Of a stretch of 64,000 nt of DNA, positions 63,259-64,000 are shown piece after piece. Each line of letters opens with the position of its first letter. Positions within the stretch are counted from its first letter, which is position 1. Source of the DNA: a virus (taxonomy: Duplodnaviria; Caudoviricetes); IMG/VR virus record IMGVR_UViG_3300013105_000005, positions 12,376-76,375 of that record. One strand, written 5' to 3'. The translations under genes and the position numbers were made by a program. A model generated the notes under the pieces. The model was not told the DNA's origin. It was given only the letters and a program-made list of their open reading frames with translations, and ran no database searches.

Positions 63259-63636
63259 ATGATGGTGGCAACGAAGCGAAAACAACTCGTACCGAAGAAC
63301 ATCGACACGATGAGCGATGCGGAATACGAGGCGTGGTTTCAATCGCTGGACAGCGACACCCACTGCAAGTTGCAGGGCCGCACCTTCAAGGGCAAGCCCG
63401 AATGGTTCGTCTATGCCGAAGCAAAGGACAGCCAGAGCGGGCGAGACTTGCAGGGCACATGGGATACGCTCGATGAGGCCATGCGGCAATACAACGACCT
63501 GATCGCCGACGCCAGCACCATCGGCGCAGAAGTTGAAAAGGTTGTCGGTCATTACGATGTGCTCGAACGCGAGAACCTTGGCGACCGCGATTACACCAGC
63601 GTTGCGAAGTTCGGGGAGTTCACTGACGAGGAGTAG
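63259..63636 (+). CDS. Hypothetical acidic protein
   Basis: AAGGAG RBS downstream of a strong promoter. Confidence 0.65.
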   Translation: MMVATKRKQLVPKNIDTMSDAEYEAWFQSLDSDTHCKLQGRTFKGKPEWFVYAEAKDSQSGRDLQGTWDTLDEAMRQYNDLIADASTIGAEVEKVVGHYDVLERENLGDRDYTSVAKFGEFTDEE

Positions 63637-63688
63637 CCCCCTTCGCGTAATCGGGTTCGCAACCGGAAGGGGATTTAAGGAGCATCAC

Positions 63689-63877
63689 ATGGAAATCATT
63701 GTACTTCACTTCACGCAGGTTGGCGGCAGCGGCGAATGCATCAAGATCATAGATGCGGAAGCATTCTGTGAAGATGACAAAGAGCCACCTCTTGGATTCA
63801 AATTCGAGAATCAGCACAGCGGAGAAATTGAAGGCGCGGGCAGCTTGCCGCTCGGTTATGTTTTGCGGCGCGAGTAG
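63689..63877 (+). CDS. Hypothetical protein
   Basis: AAGGAG RBS; MEIIVLHF... Confidence 0.55.
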   Translation: MEIIVLHFTQVGGSGECIKIIDAEAFCEDDKEPPLGFKFENQHSGEIEGAGSLPLGYVLRRE

Positions 63878-64000
63878 CCCCTCCCCACCCCGCCCGCTCG
63901 AAACAGGAGAACGAAAAATGGCGCGCATTCACACAATACGCCCCTCATGCGGCATGGTTATCGCGAACTACGTTGACGATGAAATGTTTCACACTGATAC

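Larger units (their letters stand above)
1643..64000. mobile_element. Temperate siphovirus-like prophage (continues beyond the window)
   Basis: Complete head-tail module, replication genes, repressor region, tRNA-fragment boundary. Confidence 0.92.

Overview
The window shows the left ~62 kb of a large temperate, siphovirus-like prophage with Mu-like head genes. It is integrated at a tRNA-Val(CAC) gene; only the displaced 3' half of the tRNA remains, at 1643-1687 on the minus strand. Bases 1-1642 look like host or older-island DNA (LuxR-type regulator, truncated integrase). Integrase families and surface-protein motifs suggest a Planctomycetota host (inference). The plus-strand late region (1.8-34.7 kb) runs: small membrane genes, beta-helix/LamG virion proteins, gp36-like adaptor, terminase, portal, head morphogenesis, protease/scaffold, decoration, capsid, tail, tape measure, Cys-rich tail tip, glycosyltransferase, methyltransferase. 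The minus-strand early region (34.7-61.3 kb) holds primase, helicase, two DNA adenine methyltransferases, RusA, SSB, HNH genes and many small ORFs, followed by the immunity region. Three features stand out. (1) A helicase intein whose HNH homing endonuclease is encoded as a separate gene in another reading frame, with its own Shine-Dalgarno and ATG supplied by intein block B. (2) An ERV/ALR sulfhydryl-oxidase-like domain fused to a GT9 glycosyltransferase, next to a Cys-rich tail protein and a methyltransferase. (3) An Acb1-like 2H phosphoesterase embedded in the prohead protease/scaffold. Several highly structured intergenic RNA candidates punctuate the early operon. No endolysin, tail sheath, CRISPR array or reverse transcriptase was recognised. 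All family assignments come from reading motifs by eye, not from database searches.
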